Origin: Cyanobacteria bacterium P01_F01_bin.150
Lineage (GTDB): Bacteria; Cyanobacteriota; Cyanobacteriia; CAKZMO01
Length of the DNA stretch: 64,000 bases
NCBI GenBank assembly: GCA_039189765.1
Contig: JBCCYL010000028.1
Span: 1-64,000 of the forward strand
Direction of reading: 5' to 3'
Shown: positions 9,942 to 20,457 of the stretch, piece by piece
Position numbering within the stretch: position 1 is the first letter of the stretch
Layout: each line of letters begins with the position of its first letter
The notes under the pieces: generated by a model
The model's database searches: none
What the model saw: only the letters and a program-made list of their open reading frames with translations
Told to the model about the DNA's origin: nothing
Position numbers and translations under genes: made by a program

Positions 9942-10024
9942 GTGTCCCTGCGTTGCTGATGATCTTCAACACAACGAATCAATTTTTTCGATTGTTATGG
10001 AGGCGATCGCCACTTTGTAAGTAT

Positions 10025-11314
10025 TTATTTAGATATTTGTTGCGCTGCTTTCAGCAAATAGGTTTGCATCCGTCCTTTTCCCTTCACCAGAATCGGCTCT
10101 CGTTTGGCAAAGTTGAAGGTTTCCGAGAGCCTCAGATAGGTTGATTCAGCAACCTGGATTTCTCCAATCAACCCTTGGGATTCCATCCGTGATGCAACAT
10201 TAACTGTATCGCCCCATAAGTCATAGGCAAACTTGCGCTTTCCGATAACTCCAGCGACGACTGGCCCAGAAGCAATACCAATGCGAAGTTTGAGGTTATG
10301 GCCAGTGAGGCGGTTAAAGGTCTCTAAATGCTGCGTGACATCTAACGCAAATTTGGCAATTCTAGCGGCATCATCGCTACTGGAGGTTGGAACACCCGCT
10401 GCCACCATATAGGCATCGCCAATGGTCTTAATCTTTTCTAAGTGGTGGGCGATCGCCAAATCGTCGAACATCGAGAAGACCCGGTTCAATAGTTCAACTA
10501 GTTTTTCTGGTGAATGTTGAGCCGATAATTCGGTAAAGTCAACAATATCCAGGAACAATACCGTTACATCATCAAAGTCATCAGCAATCGTTAACGATTC
10601 GTTGGTAGGTCGCTCGGATTTGAGACGAGCCACAATGGATGATGGCAAAATATTGTGTAGTAGGTCTTCTGTTTTCTGTTGTTCTCTAGCAAGTTCGGCC
10701 TCAGCTTTGTTAACTGAATCGTTAAAGTAAAACGACCAGAAAACAATAAGCAGTAGTGCAAAGAGGACATTGGTTACATTGAATGCCGAAAGAACCCCAG
10801 GATTCACAGGAATAAGGGGAATGGCATCCTTGAAATAAAGCTGGAGGCCCAGAAAACTGAGAATGCACAATCCTGCCAATGCAAATTTCCAAATGCGATG
10901 CGCTTCATCGGTTAAAAACGGTAGCATGCAGACACTGATGATGTAGTATTGAAATCCAGCATCCCAACCGACGTAAGCCACACAGAGTGCCTGGTGGGCA
11001 ATCACCTCGATCAAGGTTAGAGTAACAGCGGTCAGAAAAAAACGACTTTTGTTGAGGATAATGTTAGAGGTAAACAGTGCCACACTAACCAGGTTAAAGA
11101 TCACTAAAGTCGGAATACCCAATAAAAGAAAAATAGGAATCCAAAGGGCATGAATAGTGACTGCAAAGTAGTGTGTAATTTTGCCAACAATAAAATATCG
11201 ATACTCTTTGATATCAATGGTTTGTTCTGCCCATAGCCTTGCTATCAATCCGTCCGGTGGATTCCAAAGGCTAAGCTTATCAGTCGTTTTTTCGTTCATA
11301 AGCAGGAGGGCCAA
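10025..11314 (-). CDS. Membrane-anchored class III adenylate cyclase
   Basis: About 6 N-terminal hydrophobic segments; FLDIVDFT, KTIGDAYM, YDLWGDTVNVASRM (Lys/Asp at the specificity positions indicates ATP). Confidence 0.9.
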   Translation of the reverse strand: MALLLMNEKTTDKLSLWNPPDGLIARLWAEQTIDIKEYRYFIVGKITHYFAVTIHALWIPIFLLLGIPTLVIFNLVSVALFTSNIILNKSRFFLTAVTLTLIEVIAHQALCVAYVGWDAGFQYYIISVCMLPFLTDEAHRIWKFALAGLCILSFLGLQLYFKDAIPLIPVNPGVLSAFNVTNVLFALLLIVFWSFYFNDSVNKAEAELAREQQKTEDLLHNILPSSIVARLKSERPTNESLTIADDFDDVTVLFLDIVDFTELSAQHSPEKLVELLNRVFSMFDDLAIAHHLEKIKTIGDAYMVAAGVPTSSSDDAARIAKFALDVTQHLETFNRLTGHNLKLRIGIASGPVVAGVIGKRKFAYDLWGDTVNVASRMESQGLIGEIQVAESTYLRLSETFNFAKREPILVKGKGRMQTYLLKAAQQISK

Positions 11315-11373
11315 AGTGTATGGCAGGGGTTCGATTTAAAGAAGCTAAGAGAATGATCTTAGCTTCACTATCC

Positions 11374-11793
11374 TCAAGATAAATCCCGAATATTTCCCCG
11401 CTGTGCTTTTAATTTTCCCCGTTTGGCTTTGCTCTCCAAGCGTTTTTTCTTCGCACTACGAGACGGTTTAGTGGGTTTTCTCTTTTTGGGAGTGATTGTA
11501 ACGCTCTTCAATAATGCTTGTAGGCGTTTGAGAGCATCCTCTCTATTTTGCTCCTGAGTGCGATGTTGCTGCGCTTTGATAATGATTATTCCATCTTTGG
11601 TAATGCGGCGATCGCCCAACTGCATCAACCGTTCTTTATAAATAGGTGACAATGACGACGCCTGAATATCGAACCGCAGGTGAATTGCTGTAGCAACTTT
11701 ATTTACATTTTGCCCTCCTGCCCCTTGGGAACGAATGGCACTTAGCTCAATCTCATTAAGGGGGATCACCGTACGATTAGTAATTTTCAACAT
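11374..11793 (-). CDS. arfB: Alternative ribosome rescue peptidyl-tRNA hydrolase
   Basis: GAGGQNVNKV and basic tail RKPTKPSR; ATG 11793 preferred. Confidence 0.95.
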   Translation of the reverse strand: MLKITNRTVIPLNEIELSAIRSQGAGGQNVNKVATAIHLRFDIQASSLSPIYKERLMQLGDRRITKDGIIIIKAQQHRTQEQNREDALKRLQALLKSVTITPKKRKPTKPSRSAKKKRLESKAKRGKLKAQRGNIRDLS

Positions 11794-11842
11794 GGAAAGC
11801 ATAGGGACGTCGTAGGGTGAACATAATCGCAATAAACCATCA

Positions 11843-12541
11843 TTAGGTTGAGAAGTCTCGGAAATTATTAGAAAGATACCGATAAATCACCACAGCAAGC
11901 TGTGCGCCCAGGATTGGCCCAATCCAATATAACCAATGATGTTGCCATACCGTACCCACAAGGGCTGGCCCAAGCGATCGCACTGGGTTCATGCTAGCTC
12001 CGGTAATTGGCCCCATAAAAGCAGCCTCCAATCCAACGGTTAGGCCAATAGCCAATCCCGCAAATCCAACAGGGGCACGCCGATCTAAGCCTGAGCCTAA
12101 AATCACTACCATAAGGATAAAGGTGAGCAACGTTTCTAAAATGAGAGATTGAGACCAGTTATCATCAAGGGGCAGGGTAGCTCCCAGAGAGCCAATGGGC
12201 CCAAGGGTAAATAAAAGGACTGCGGAGGCGGCGATCGCCCCTACGCTTTGGGAAATAATATACGGCAAGACCCTCTGGCCCTCAAAAAATCCGCTTTGCC
12301 AAAAAGCCAAGGTGACAGCAGGATTAAAATGGGCACCACTAATATGGGCAAAACAGTAAATGAGTGCTGCCACCACAGAGCCAAATACGATACTAATGCC
12401 CAAATGGGTAATGGCTCCATCAGTCATTTGATTGACCATCACAGCCCCTGTTCCTGCGAAAACGAGGATAAAGGTCCCTACACTTTCTGCAACGGTTTCT
12501 GGAGTAATCAGTTCTTGGAACCAACCCAAACGTCTCATCAT
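11843..12541 (-). CDS. MIP/aquaporin (NIP-like), probable arsenite channel
   Basis: SGAHFNPAVT and GASMNPVRS (NPA/NPV motifs); lies downstream of an ArsR-family gene. Confidence 0.88.
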   Translation of the reverse strand: MMRRLGWFQELITPETVAESVGTFILVFAGTGAVMVNQMTDGAITHLGISIVFGSVVAALIYCFAHISGAHFNPAVTLAFWQSGFFEGQRVLPYIISQSVGAIAASAVLLFTLGPIGSLGATLPLDDNWSQSLILETLLTFILMVVILGSGLDRRAPVGFAGLAIGLTVGLEAAFMGPITGASMNPVRSLGPALVGTVWQHHWLYWIGPILGAQLAVVIYRYLSNNFRDFST

Positions 12542-12651
12542 ATGCCTCTCTTTGTTATCTCGATATCAAATTGGGTCTGGTAGTCAAGGACCTTCTATTC
12601 TCAACTATCGTTGATGGTGTTTCGGTCTAAATAACCCTCATTTCCCGAGCG

Positions 12652-12749
12652 TTAGGCTATTTCTGAAAAATAATGTACCGCTTGTAGGATGGGTTAGCGA
12701 CAGCGTAACCCATCGTCGTTGGTATATTTATTTCGAGAAATCGCCTTAA
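12652..12749. repeat. REP hairpin wrapped in imperfect terminal inverted repeats (family C)
   Basis: taggctatttc..aaataatgtacc / GTAG-gatgggttagcg-acag-cgtaacccatc / ggtatatttattt..gaaatcgcctta. Confidence 0.75.
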
Positions 12750-12763
12750 GGCGTCAATGCTCG

Positions 12764-13147
12764 TTAGAGGAGTTGAATTAGAGTTTTTAATCGATTGAGC
12801 ATTCTGGGTTCAACGCAGTAGCAAATGCGCGTCCCATCCACATCACCTTGGACTAAACCTGCTTTTTTAAGGATGCGCAGATGCTCCGATACTGTAGATT
12901 GGGCTAGAGGCATAACGTCTACAATCTCACCGCAGATGCAAGATTGACGGGCAATTAAGATTTTGAGAATCTGAACTCTGGCCGGATGGCCCAGCGCCTT
13001 ACAAAGCGAAGCGATCTCATTATTTAGCTCTGTATCCTCTAAATCCAGCGGTTGGGAAAGAGTATTTTCAGGATCATCCCGTTCGAACGGAGTACAGTCA
13101 GGGCAACAATTCTCAGCAGTATTATTTGAGATAATTAAACCTCCCAT
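12764..13147 (-). CDS. ArsR/SmtB-family repressor
   Basis: KALGHPARVQIL, CICGEI, LAQSTVSEHLRILK; additional N-terminal CCPDC. Confidence 0.92.
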   Translation of the reverse strand: MGGLIISNNTAENCCPDCTPFERDDPENTLSQPLDLEDTELNNEIASLCKALGHPARVQILKILIARQSCICGEIVDVMPLAQSTVSEHLRILKKAGLVQGDVDGTRICYCVEPRMLNRLKTLIQLL

Positions 13148-13164
13148 TTAATTAAAAAACATTA

Positions 13165-13180
13165 ATCGTCAATCGACGAT
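13165..13180. promoter_or_regulatory. Putative ArsR operator palindrome
   Basis: atcgtc-aatc-gacgat, 17 nt upstream of the repressor start codon. Confidence 0.5.
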
Positions 13181-13631
13181 AGGCAATATATTACACTGTC
13201 TTGGACGCTCTTAGGTTTTATTTAGAGCATTGGCGTCTTTTATCACTCTCGCCAATTGGGCGTTTGGCGACTGTTGAAGTTTACTTTAATCTGGGAAAGA
13301 TGAACTGTGGAGCCAAAATACTGTCTTAAAAACAAGCCTGTCCAGCTACTTTGTAAAATGTTCTCCCTGATTAGCAGGGAACCAGTAGATTCCTGGCAAA
13401 ATTAGGATACGGTACTTACAAGCAAAATTGATTCTAAATTTACAAGATAAAAGCTGTAGCCTGATAGGTTACTCTCTTACTTGTAAGCTATTGTAGCTAA
13501 ACTGTCTGTTTTCTATTTGAGGGGTACCATTTGTTTATGTATACAGATGAGGTGTTTGTTAGCAAAACTGCCCCCCTTAAATGCTCATAAGATGTTCCTT
13601 GGACGAAAATTGTTTATGACTGGTACATGGT

Positions 13632-14255
13632 GTGGGACTAAAACGACAAAAAAAGCGTAAAAAGAAATCAAGATGGCTAACGGTCATGGCGATCGCATTT
13701 CTTTTGGGAGGTGCCTATCGTTACTGGCGTAACCTGCCGGCTCCTGATGCTGTTTTAGTCTTGGGCGGAGCAATGGAACGGGAGCAGTTTGCTGCTGAAT
13801 TTGCTCAACGGAACCCTGATTTACCGATTTGGGTATCGTCTGGCAGCACCCGTGAGTATGCAGAATGGGTATTCGCAGAGGCTGGGATTAGTGACGATCG
13901 AATTCACCTCGATTATCGGGCAGTAGATACGGTCACTAACTTCACTACCATGGTGGAGGAATTTAAAAATTTAGGGTTTGACAGTGTTTATGTCATTACG
14001 TCGGACTACCATATGCGTAGGGCGTGGTGGATTGGCCAGATTGTATTTGGCAGCCAGGGCATTCACCTCAAACCTGTGACGATTGATCGCGACCGGCCAC
14101 CGGAACCATGGCGTAAGACCGTTAGAGATGGTGTGCGATCGGTTCTCTGGGTAACAACAGGACACACGGGGACCACCCTTGGTCAAATTTTAGAAAGTCC
14201 AGACTGGACAGCCCCCGATGATCATGCGCGATCGCGTTTGGATATCCCTCAATAG
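13632..14255 (+). CDS. YdcF/DUF218-family protein
   Basis: VLVLGG, AVDTVTNFT, ITSDYHMRRA. Confidence 0.85.
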   Translation: MGLKRQKKRKKKSRWLTVMAIAFLLGGAYRYWRNLPAPDAVLVLGGAMEREQFAAEFAQRNPDLPIWVSSGSTREYAEWVFAEAGISDDRIHLDYRAVDTVTNFTTMVEEFKNLGFDSVYVITSDYHMRRAWWIGQIVFGSQGIHLKPVTIDRDRPPEPWRKTVRDGVRSVLWVTTGHTGTTLGQILESPDWTAPDDHARSRLDIPQ

Positions 14256-14279
14256 GCAGTTAGTGGGGGATCCGCCAAC

Positions 14280-14356
14280 AGCTAGGACTCTGTCAAGACA
14301 TAAATGAGGGGAAAATCCCGCAGGGATTTTCCCCTCAAAATGAAGCAGATGCGGTA
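14280..14356. repeat. Dispersed repeat family B copy
   Basis: Core hairpin tgaggggaaaatcc-cgcag-ggattttcccctca; reverse-complement match to 23494-23571 and 57361-57438. Confidence 0.9.
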
Positions 14357-14358
14357 TG

Positions 14359-14384
14359 CACGACCCGCCTAAAGTTGATACCCC
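14359..14384 (-). repeat. Partial dispersed repeat family A copy
   Basis: cacgacccgcctaaagttgatacccc abutting the family B copy. Confidence 0.8.
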
Positions 14385-14453
14385 TTCTGATGGGAGTTCG
14401 GTATGACAATTGGGATAAATAAGGGGGAAGCGGCCATCCCACTTATTTGTTCC

Positions 14454-15509
14454 ATGACTACTGCTGAATCCACATCTATTACTGTTTCAATTATCGTTAC
14501 TGCCTACAATAAAGGACCGTACTTGCGACAGGCGGTTGAAAGTGTATTGGCACAAACCTATCCTTACATCGAATGTCTAATTGTGGATGATGGGTCTACG
14601 GACCATACCCCGGCTGTGGTTAAAACTCTACAGCAAGACTATCCTCAGATTAAATATTTTCGAAAAGATAATGGTGGTATTTCTTCAGCTCGTAATTATG
14701 GCGTGACAAAAGCCACAGGGGACTGGATTCAATTTCTGGACGCCGATGACTGGATTCATCCCGACAAAACACGCTACCAAATTGAACATATTCCCGATCC
14801 CACCCATGATGCGGTGATCTATTCTGACTATGAACGGGTCTATGTTAAGCTTAGGCCCGAACAGCAGGCTGCTGACAACGATGGGGGCAATAGCAACGAC
14901 GTCATTAACCACAAGCCATTGATAGTGGGGGCTTTGGATGCCACTGCTTTAATTAAACGCCTATTAATATGCCCAGATTTTTTAGCCAATTCGCCGTTTC
15001 CATTGCTCCAACAAACCATGTTGCTAAAGCGAACACTGTGCGATCGCCTGCTATTTGACCCCCGTCTCAAAGCGTGTGAAGACCGAGCTTGGGTGCTTAC
15101 CCTACTCAAACAGGATGTTCCTTTTATCTACGCTCCCATGACTGCCGCTTACTATCGTAAACACCAGAGCAATCTCACCGATAACGGTGCATTAATGTTG
15201 GATTCCTATCTAACTTATTTTGAACTGGTCTATGAGCAATACCCTACCCTCAAACCCTTCCTCCAAACTAGCGTTCATTACTTACTAGAAAAAAGCATCG
15301 AACAAAAGGATCGACAAAGCTTTAGCCGTCTTTTACCTCTAGTAAACTATCCTGCTGTCGTAATGAATCAGAGCATCACCGCATTGACCCCTTGGTTCCT
15401 ACAACTTCTTTTTTTCTTTCGCTTACTCTTGCCGGACTTTTTGCTGTACGAACGATATCGAGGACCGAGATCGCGTAAACTCTTTGCGCTGTTTTCCCTC
15501 CAGTCTTAA
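14454..15509 (+). CDS. GT2 glycosyltransferase
   Basis: SIIVTAYN, VDDGSTD, NGGISSARN, FLDADD. Confidence 0.92.
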   Translation: MTTAESTSITVSIIVTAYNKGPYLRQAVESVLAQTYPYIECLIVDDGSTDHTPAVVKTLQQDYPQIKYFRKDNGGISSARNYGVTKATGDWIQFLDADDWIHPDKTRYQIEHIPDPTHDAVIYSDYERVYVKLRPEQQAADNDGGNSNDVINHKPLIVGALDATALIKRLLICPDFLANSPFPLLQQTMLLKRTLCDRLLFDPRLKACEDRAWVLTLLKQDVPFIYAPMTAAYYRKHQSNLTDNGALMLDSYLTYFELVYEQYPTLKPFLQTSVHYLLEKSIEQKDRQSFSRLLPLVNYPAVVMNQSITALTPWFLQLLFFFRLLLPDFLLYERYRGPRSRKLFALFSLQS

Positions 15510-15601
15510 ACGGGCAGAAACGAAAAAAGGCAGAAGGCAAAGTTCACCATTGTTTCCTTCAATACCTAAATTCCTGGACTAAAATCCACACTTTAAATCC
15601 C

Positions 15602-16819
15602 ATGTCTTTCCATTCTCCTTTAAAGATCTCATTCATTGTCAGTGACCTTTCTGGTGGTGGTGCAGTTCGAGCCTTTTTACTCGCTCAGGTATGTAAATCT
15701 CTGGGGTATGCTGTAGAGGTTGTCGGCTTTCAGTTTGGCCCAGAACTCTACGCGATTCCGCCGGATAGCATTCCTGTGACGAGTATCCCTGGCAATATCT
15801 ATCCGCAGGTTTTGACAAAAATTTGGAAACTGTTGGGCCAAATCGATGGTGACATTCTCTATGCGGTTAAGCCCAAACCATCTAGTTTTGGCGTTGGTCT
15901 GTTGAAAAAATTGCGGACCAGACGGCCTCTTTTTTTAGATATGGATGATTGGGAAATGAGCTGGCATGGTGGGGATGTCTGGCGATATCGTCCTGGTTCC
16001 CTTAAGCAATTCTATCGGGATCTGTTTAAGCCCAATGGGCAACTCCGGGAAGTGGCGCATCCACTCTATGTAAAATGGATGGAAAAGATTACCGATCGCG
16101 CTGATGCGATTACGGTTGATACATCATTTCTCCAAAATCGGTTTGGCGGTGTCTACGTTCCCAACGGCAAAGATACAGACCTTTTTGATCCGACCACCTA
16201 CGACAGCGATCGCGCTCGGGCAAAATACAACCTTACGGACTACCGGGTCCTTATGTTTCCTGGCGCTCCCCGCCCCCACAAAGGAGTAGAGGATGTGCTC
16301 ACAGCCCTTGAAAATCTTAATCAACCCGACCTGCGTTTAGTGATTGTGGGAGGTAGCCCCTATGATAATTACGATGCTCAACTGATAGCCCGCTGGGGTA
16401 AATGGATTGTCAAACTGCCCCGCTGTCCAGTCGAACAAATGCCTGAAATTCTCTCAGCAGCCCATGTTGTTGTTGTCCCACAACGCAACACCCTTACAGC
16501 TCAAGCGCAATTTCCCCTAAAGCTTACAGACGGTATGGCCATGGGCAAACCAGTCCTTTCAACACGAGTGGGGGATATTCCAGAAATTTTAAATAACGTG
16601 GGGTATCTGGTAGAGCCTGGTGAGCCAGATCAACTGGCAAAGACGATCGCCCATATTTTTGCCAACTTTGATGAAGCGACTCAGCTTGGCCACGCGGCCC
16701 GTCTCAAATGTGTTAACCAGTACAGCATCAAAACCATGAGTCAAACTCTTGCCCAAGCGATCGCCCCCTTTGATCCATCACCGCCTCCCCAGCTTCTGCA
16801 ATCGACAAGCCTCGTCTAA
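15602..16819 (+). CDS. GT4 glycosyltransferase
   Basis: GAPRPHKG, FPLKLTDGMAMGKPV, VGDIPEIL. Confidence 0.9.
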   Translation: MSFHSPLKISFIVSDLSGGGAVRAFLLAQVCKSLGYAVEVVGFQFGPELYAIPPDSIPVTSIPGNIYPQVLTKIWKLLGQIDGDILYAVKPKPSSFGVGLLKKLRTRRPLFLDMDDWEMSWHGGDVWRYRPGSLKQFYRDLFKPNGQLREVAHPLYVKWMEKITDRADAITVDTSFLQNRFGGVYVPNGKDTDLFDPTTYDSDRARAKYNLTDYRVLMFPGAPRPHKGVEDVLTALENLNQPDLRLVIVGGSPYDNYDAQLIARWGKWIVKLPRCPVEQMPEILSAAHVVVVPQRNTLTAQAQFPLKLTDGMAMGKPVLSTRVGDIPEILNNVGYLVEPGEPDQLAKTIAHIFANFDEATQLGHAARLKCVNQYSIKTMSQTLAQAIAPFDPSPPPQLLQSTSLV

Positions 16820-16985
16820 CAGAGAGTTGAATTTTCGGACATTAGGACACAACAAGATTAAGCACAGACCGCCCAACTGCCTGTCTAAAGTTGATACCCA
16901 ATTCCAACGAGAAAGCCCCTAGCGAGCACAAAAACGGGAACACCATTCAGTGTTCCATATTAGCGACTCCACTACTGTTACTACG

Positions 16986-19073
16986 ATGTCATCATCTATT
17001 CTTCGTCAGTTTACATCCACATCCTCCATTTCTTCATTGCCGGGAAGCTATATTCCTACATTTAGAAAGCAGCTATTGTTAAGTTTTGCGCAGCGATATC
17101 CTATTCGTGCTGCGTTAACAGTATTTCTTGGATTCTCAGGTGCGTTGTTTAATGGAGTGGGCACAATTCTTGTCGTGCCTGTAGTTCTAAAAATTTTGAA
17201 TCAGAGTGTGGAAGCGAAGGCGATGCCTGCGTTGCTTAGGGCTTTGTTGGCCCCGTTTGATAGTGTGCCTGAACAATATCGGCTAGGAGTAATGACGCTG
17301 GCCATTGTCTTAGCTATCGGCCTGAAAAATGCGACTGTATATGCCAATTCTTTAATGAGTGGATCATTAAAGAGAAAGTTAACGTCAGATTTACGAGAGC
17401 AGGGTCTTCAGATGCTGTTGCATGTGGATCTGGATTTTTACAACAAAACTGGAGTGGGCGATATTCTTAATCGGATGAACGCTGAAATAGGCCGGACCAC
17501 AGGGGCTCTGCGGGCTCTTTTAAAGATAACTGGAGCCGCCATTACTATCGCCATATTTATATATCTTCTGGTTAATTTATCGCCTATATTGACCATCGCA
17601 GCGGCAATTTTACTGTCTTTTGTAGCCGTTATTAATCAATATTTCATTAGGCGCTCCAAAGGGTTTGGTAGACTTCTCTCCCAAATGTCTCGAGATTATT
17701 CAACGCGGCTAACCGAATCTGTTACTGGTATACGACTGATTAAAGAGGCTGTAAGTGAACATAAGGAATATGATGTTCTCTCTCGACTGATTAACAAACG
17801 AGAACAGCTCGATTTTCAGTCCCAGGCGAATTTTGCAGCGATCGCCCCTATCAATGAAATGGTGGGAATCTTATTTCTTCTTGCCATTGTTTTCCTGGGG
17901 CGGATCTTTCTTGCCGAACAAATTGACGATATTTCTACGCTTCTGCTGACCTATTTAGTGTTGCTGTTTAAGCTGCTGCCTATCATTAGCCAGCTTAATG
18001 GAGCACGTAGTCAGTTTGCTAATTGTTCTGCCAGTTTGGATGTTGTTCAGCATTTTCTTAGGCGCGATAATAAACCGTTTATGAAAAACGGCACTCAAAA
18101 ATTTACTGGATTTCAGCACAGTATTGCCTTTGAGCAGGTGACCTTTGCCTATGTAGGAGCTAAAGATGAATCCCTGCGCAGTATTAATCTGACGATTCCC
18201 AAAGGTCAGACCTTGGCATTAGTAGGGGCATCCGGAGCCGGTAAATCAACCCTGGCGGATCTACTACCGCGCTTTTATGAGCCAACAAAGGGCCGGATTA
18301 CAGTCGATGGCCAAGATCTAAAAGAATTTGAGATGCGATCGCTTCGTCAGTCCATGGGAATTGTCAGCCAGGAAGCATTTTTATTTAACGACACCATCCG
18401 TAATAACGTTGCCTATGCGCGTCCAGGCGCTAGTGAAGAAGACGTCATTGATGCATTAAAACGAGCTAACGCCTATGAATTTATTCTGGATATGCCCCAG
18501 GGTTTAGAGACGCCTATTGGCGATCGCGGCGTTTTACTGTCTGGTGGGCAACGGCAGCGTTTGGCCATTGCTCGGGCGCTATTAAAAGATGCGGAGATTT
18601 TGATTCTAGATGAAGCCACCAGTGCCTTGGACACAGCATCGGAACGATTAGTTCAGGAAGCCATTGATGCCCTCAGCCGCGATCGCACGTCCCTCGTCAT
18701 TGCCCATCGTCTGTCTACCATTCAAAATGCAGATCAAATTGCGGTCATGAAGCATGGAGAAGTCGTTGAGCTAGGCACCCATGCCCAGCTTTTAGACCTG
18801 GATGGCTATTACAGTCGCCTCTATGCACTACAATTTTCCGATCAAAAACCAGTGGCAGATGCAGAGGCCGAAAAGCATCGACTCTACAAAGAGACATTGG
18901 TCAGTACCTCCCATGCGATTCGCGATCGTCTTAACTCCATGCTGGGTAGCCTCAATATGATTTTAGAGGATTTAGTAGATAGTCCAGAGGAAGAACAGGA
19001 AATGCTGATGGAATCCTACGAATCGGCAACAGATTTGCTGCACTTACTGGAACATTTAGAGCGTAATCATTAG
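16986..19073 (+). CDS. HepA/MsbA-like ABC exporter (TMD+NBD) with a C-terminal HisKA-like helical extension
   Basis: GASGAGKST, LSGGQRQR, LILDEATS, IAHRLST; tail SHAIRDRLNSMLGSL... Confidence 0.9.
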   Translation: MSSSILRQFTSTSSISSLPGSYIPTFRKQLLLSFAQRYPIRAALTVFLGFSGALFNGVGTILVVPVVLKILNQSVEAKAMPALLRALLAPFDSVPEQYRLGVMTLAIVLAIGLKNATVYANSLMSGSLKRKLTSDLREQGLQMLLHVDLDFYNKTGVGDILNRMNAEIGRTTGALRALLKITGAAITIAIFIYLLVNLSPILTIAAAILLSFVAVINQYFIRRSKGFGRLLSQMSRDYSTRLTESVTGIRLIKEAVSEHKEYDVLSRLINKREQLDFQSQANFAAIAPINEMVGILFLLAIVFLGRIFLAEQIDDISTLLLTYLVLLFKLLPIISQLNGARSQFANCSASLDVVQHFLRRDNKPFMKNGTQKFTGFQHSIAFEQVTFAYVGAKDESLRSINLTIPKGQTLALVGASGAGKSTLADLLPRFYEPTKGRITVDGQDLKEFEMRSLRQSMGIVSQEAFLFNDTIRNNVAYARPGASEEDVIDALKRANAYEFILDMPQGLETPIGDRGVLLSGGQRQRLAIARALLKDAEILILDEATSALDTASERLVQEAIDALSRDRTSLVIAHRLSTIQNADQIAVMKHGEVVELGTHAQLLDLDGYYSRLYALQFSDQKPVADAEAEKHRLYKETLVSTSHAIRDRLNSMLGSLNMILEDLVDSPEEEQEMLMESYESATDLLHLLEHLERNH

Positions 19074-19140
19074 TAAAAGGCAGAAGGCAGAAACCCTTCT
19101 AACTCCATACCTCCTCAACTCCATACCTCCATAACTTCCC

Positions 19141-19168
19141 AAAATCCAAAATCTAAAATCCAAAATCC
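19141..19168 (+). repeat. STRR-type heptamer repeat (AAAATCC)x4
   Basis: aaaatccaaaatctaaaatccaaaatcc just before the GT4 start. Confidence 0.85.
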
Positions 19169-19169
19169 C

Positions 19170-20375
19170 ATGCGCCAAAAGTATTACGTTTTCTTTATTG
19201 CCGAATCCTTACCCCAGCCAATGGCTCATCTTGTTCAGGTTGTTCAATGTGCCAATGCTGCCGCCAATCTGGGCTATCCCACCTTACTGGTCTATGTCAA
19301 ACAAGGAAAAGCGGCACAAAATCCAATTGACTGGGTTTATCCCTTTCGGCCCCAGCCACCAAGCGCTGAAATAGCCTCTTACTACCATATCGATAACAAC
19401 AATTTAAAGGTTTTATCCCTTGCTTTGCCTTGGCCCATTGGACGTATTCAGCCTCAACGAGCATGGTCTACACCCAGTAGCTGGCTGTGCAAGTACTATC
19501 TGCCTCTCCATCTTATGCAACACACTCAATTGGTGCATACACGCAACTGGAATTTTGCTCAAGCAGCGATTCGATTAGGGATTCCAACCATTTATGAGCA
19601 GCACCATCTTGAAGAAAAGCATTATCCCTCAGAGGTTGTGCAGCACCCACTACTACAAACGGCTGTAACAGTTGTTGAGTCTGTTCGACAAGATATGGTG
19701 AAGAACGGCATGCCCTCCAATAAGGTTGTCACACTACATAACGGATATAACCGTCTGTTTATGCAACGGCAGCCTCACAAGGCTGAGGCATGGCGCTCCC
19801 GTCTCCTGGGTACCAACTATGAAAGACTGGTGGTCTATTCTGGAGCGCTTTACACATTTAAAGGAGTAGATTTACTCCTGGAGATAGCTAAAGGCTTTCC
19901 CCATGTTAAATTTGCCTTCGCCGGAGGCCCCGATGAGCAACGACAGCAGTATGAACGAATGGTGGCCGATCGCCATCTTGAAAATGTTTCCTTCCTTGGA
20001 TTTATCACTCAGGACCAGCTAGCGAGTCTTCTGCAAGCTGCCGATGTCTTAGCCCATCCTCATCTAGATGGCAAAGCCGCTAGCTTTACCTCTCCCTTAA
20101 AGTTCTTTGATTACATGGCCTCAGGCACTCCCATTATTGCCAGTGAGATTTCGTCTATGATCGAGTTTAAGAACGCAGGTGTGGTGGCAGCTTGGTGTCC
20201 CCCAAATTCTCCCCATGCCTTTGCTAGCTGTTTGACTCAGGTATTGGCAGAATATCCTCACAAATTTGATGGGTATATCGATAGCGTTGACTATATTCGT
20301 CAGTTCTCCTGGGAGAATCGAATCACTAAGATTTTGAATCGAGTCGATGGAGCGTTACGGCCTCAAATAATTTGA
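19170..20375 (+). CDS. GT4 glycosyltransferase
   Basis: YSGAL..FKG, TSPLKFFDYMASGTPII. Confidence 0.9.
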   Translation: MRQKYYVFFIAESLPQPMAHLVQVVQCANAAANLGYPTLLVYVKQGKAAQNPIDWVYPFRPQPPSAEIASYYHIDNNNLKVLSLALPWPIGRIQPQRAWSTPSSWLCKYYLPLHLMQHTQLVHTRNWNFAQAAIRLGIPTIYEQHHLEEKHYPSEVVQHPLLQTAVTVVESVRQDMVKNGMPSNKVVTLHNGYNRLFMQRQPHKAEAWRSRLLGTNYERLVVYSGALYTFKGVDLLLEIAKGFPHVKFAFAGGPDEQRQQYERMVADRHLENVSFLGFITQDQLASLLQAADVLAHPHLDGKAASFTSPLKFFDYMASGTPIIASEISSMIEFKNAGVVAAWCPPNSPHAFASCLTQVLAEYPHKFDGYIDSVDYIRQFSWENRITKILNRVDGALRPQII

Positions 20376-20457
20376 TTTCTATTTACAAATCTTACGCTGT
20401 TTCGCTCAAAGTGCTTCAATAAAGGTATTGATTTGTAGTGAAAAGGACTTACAACGT

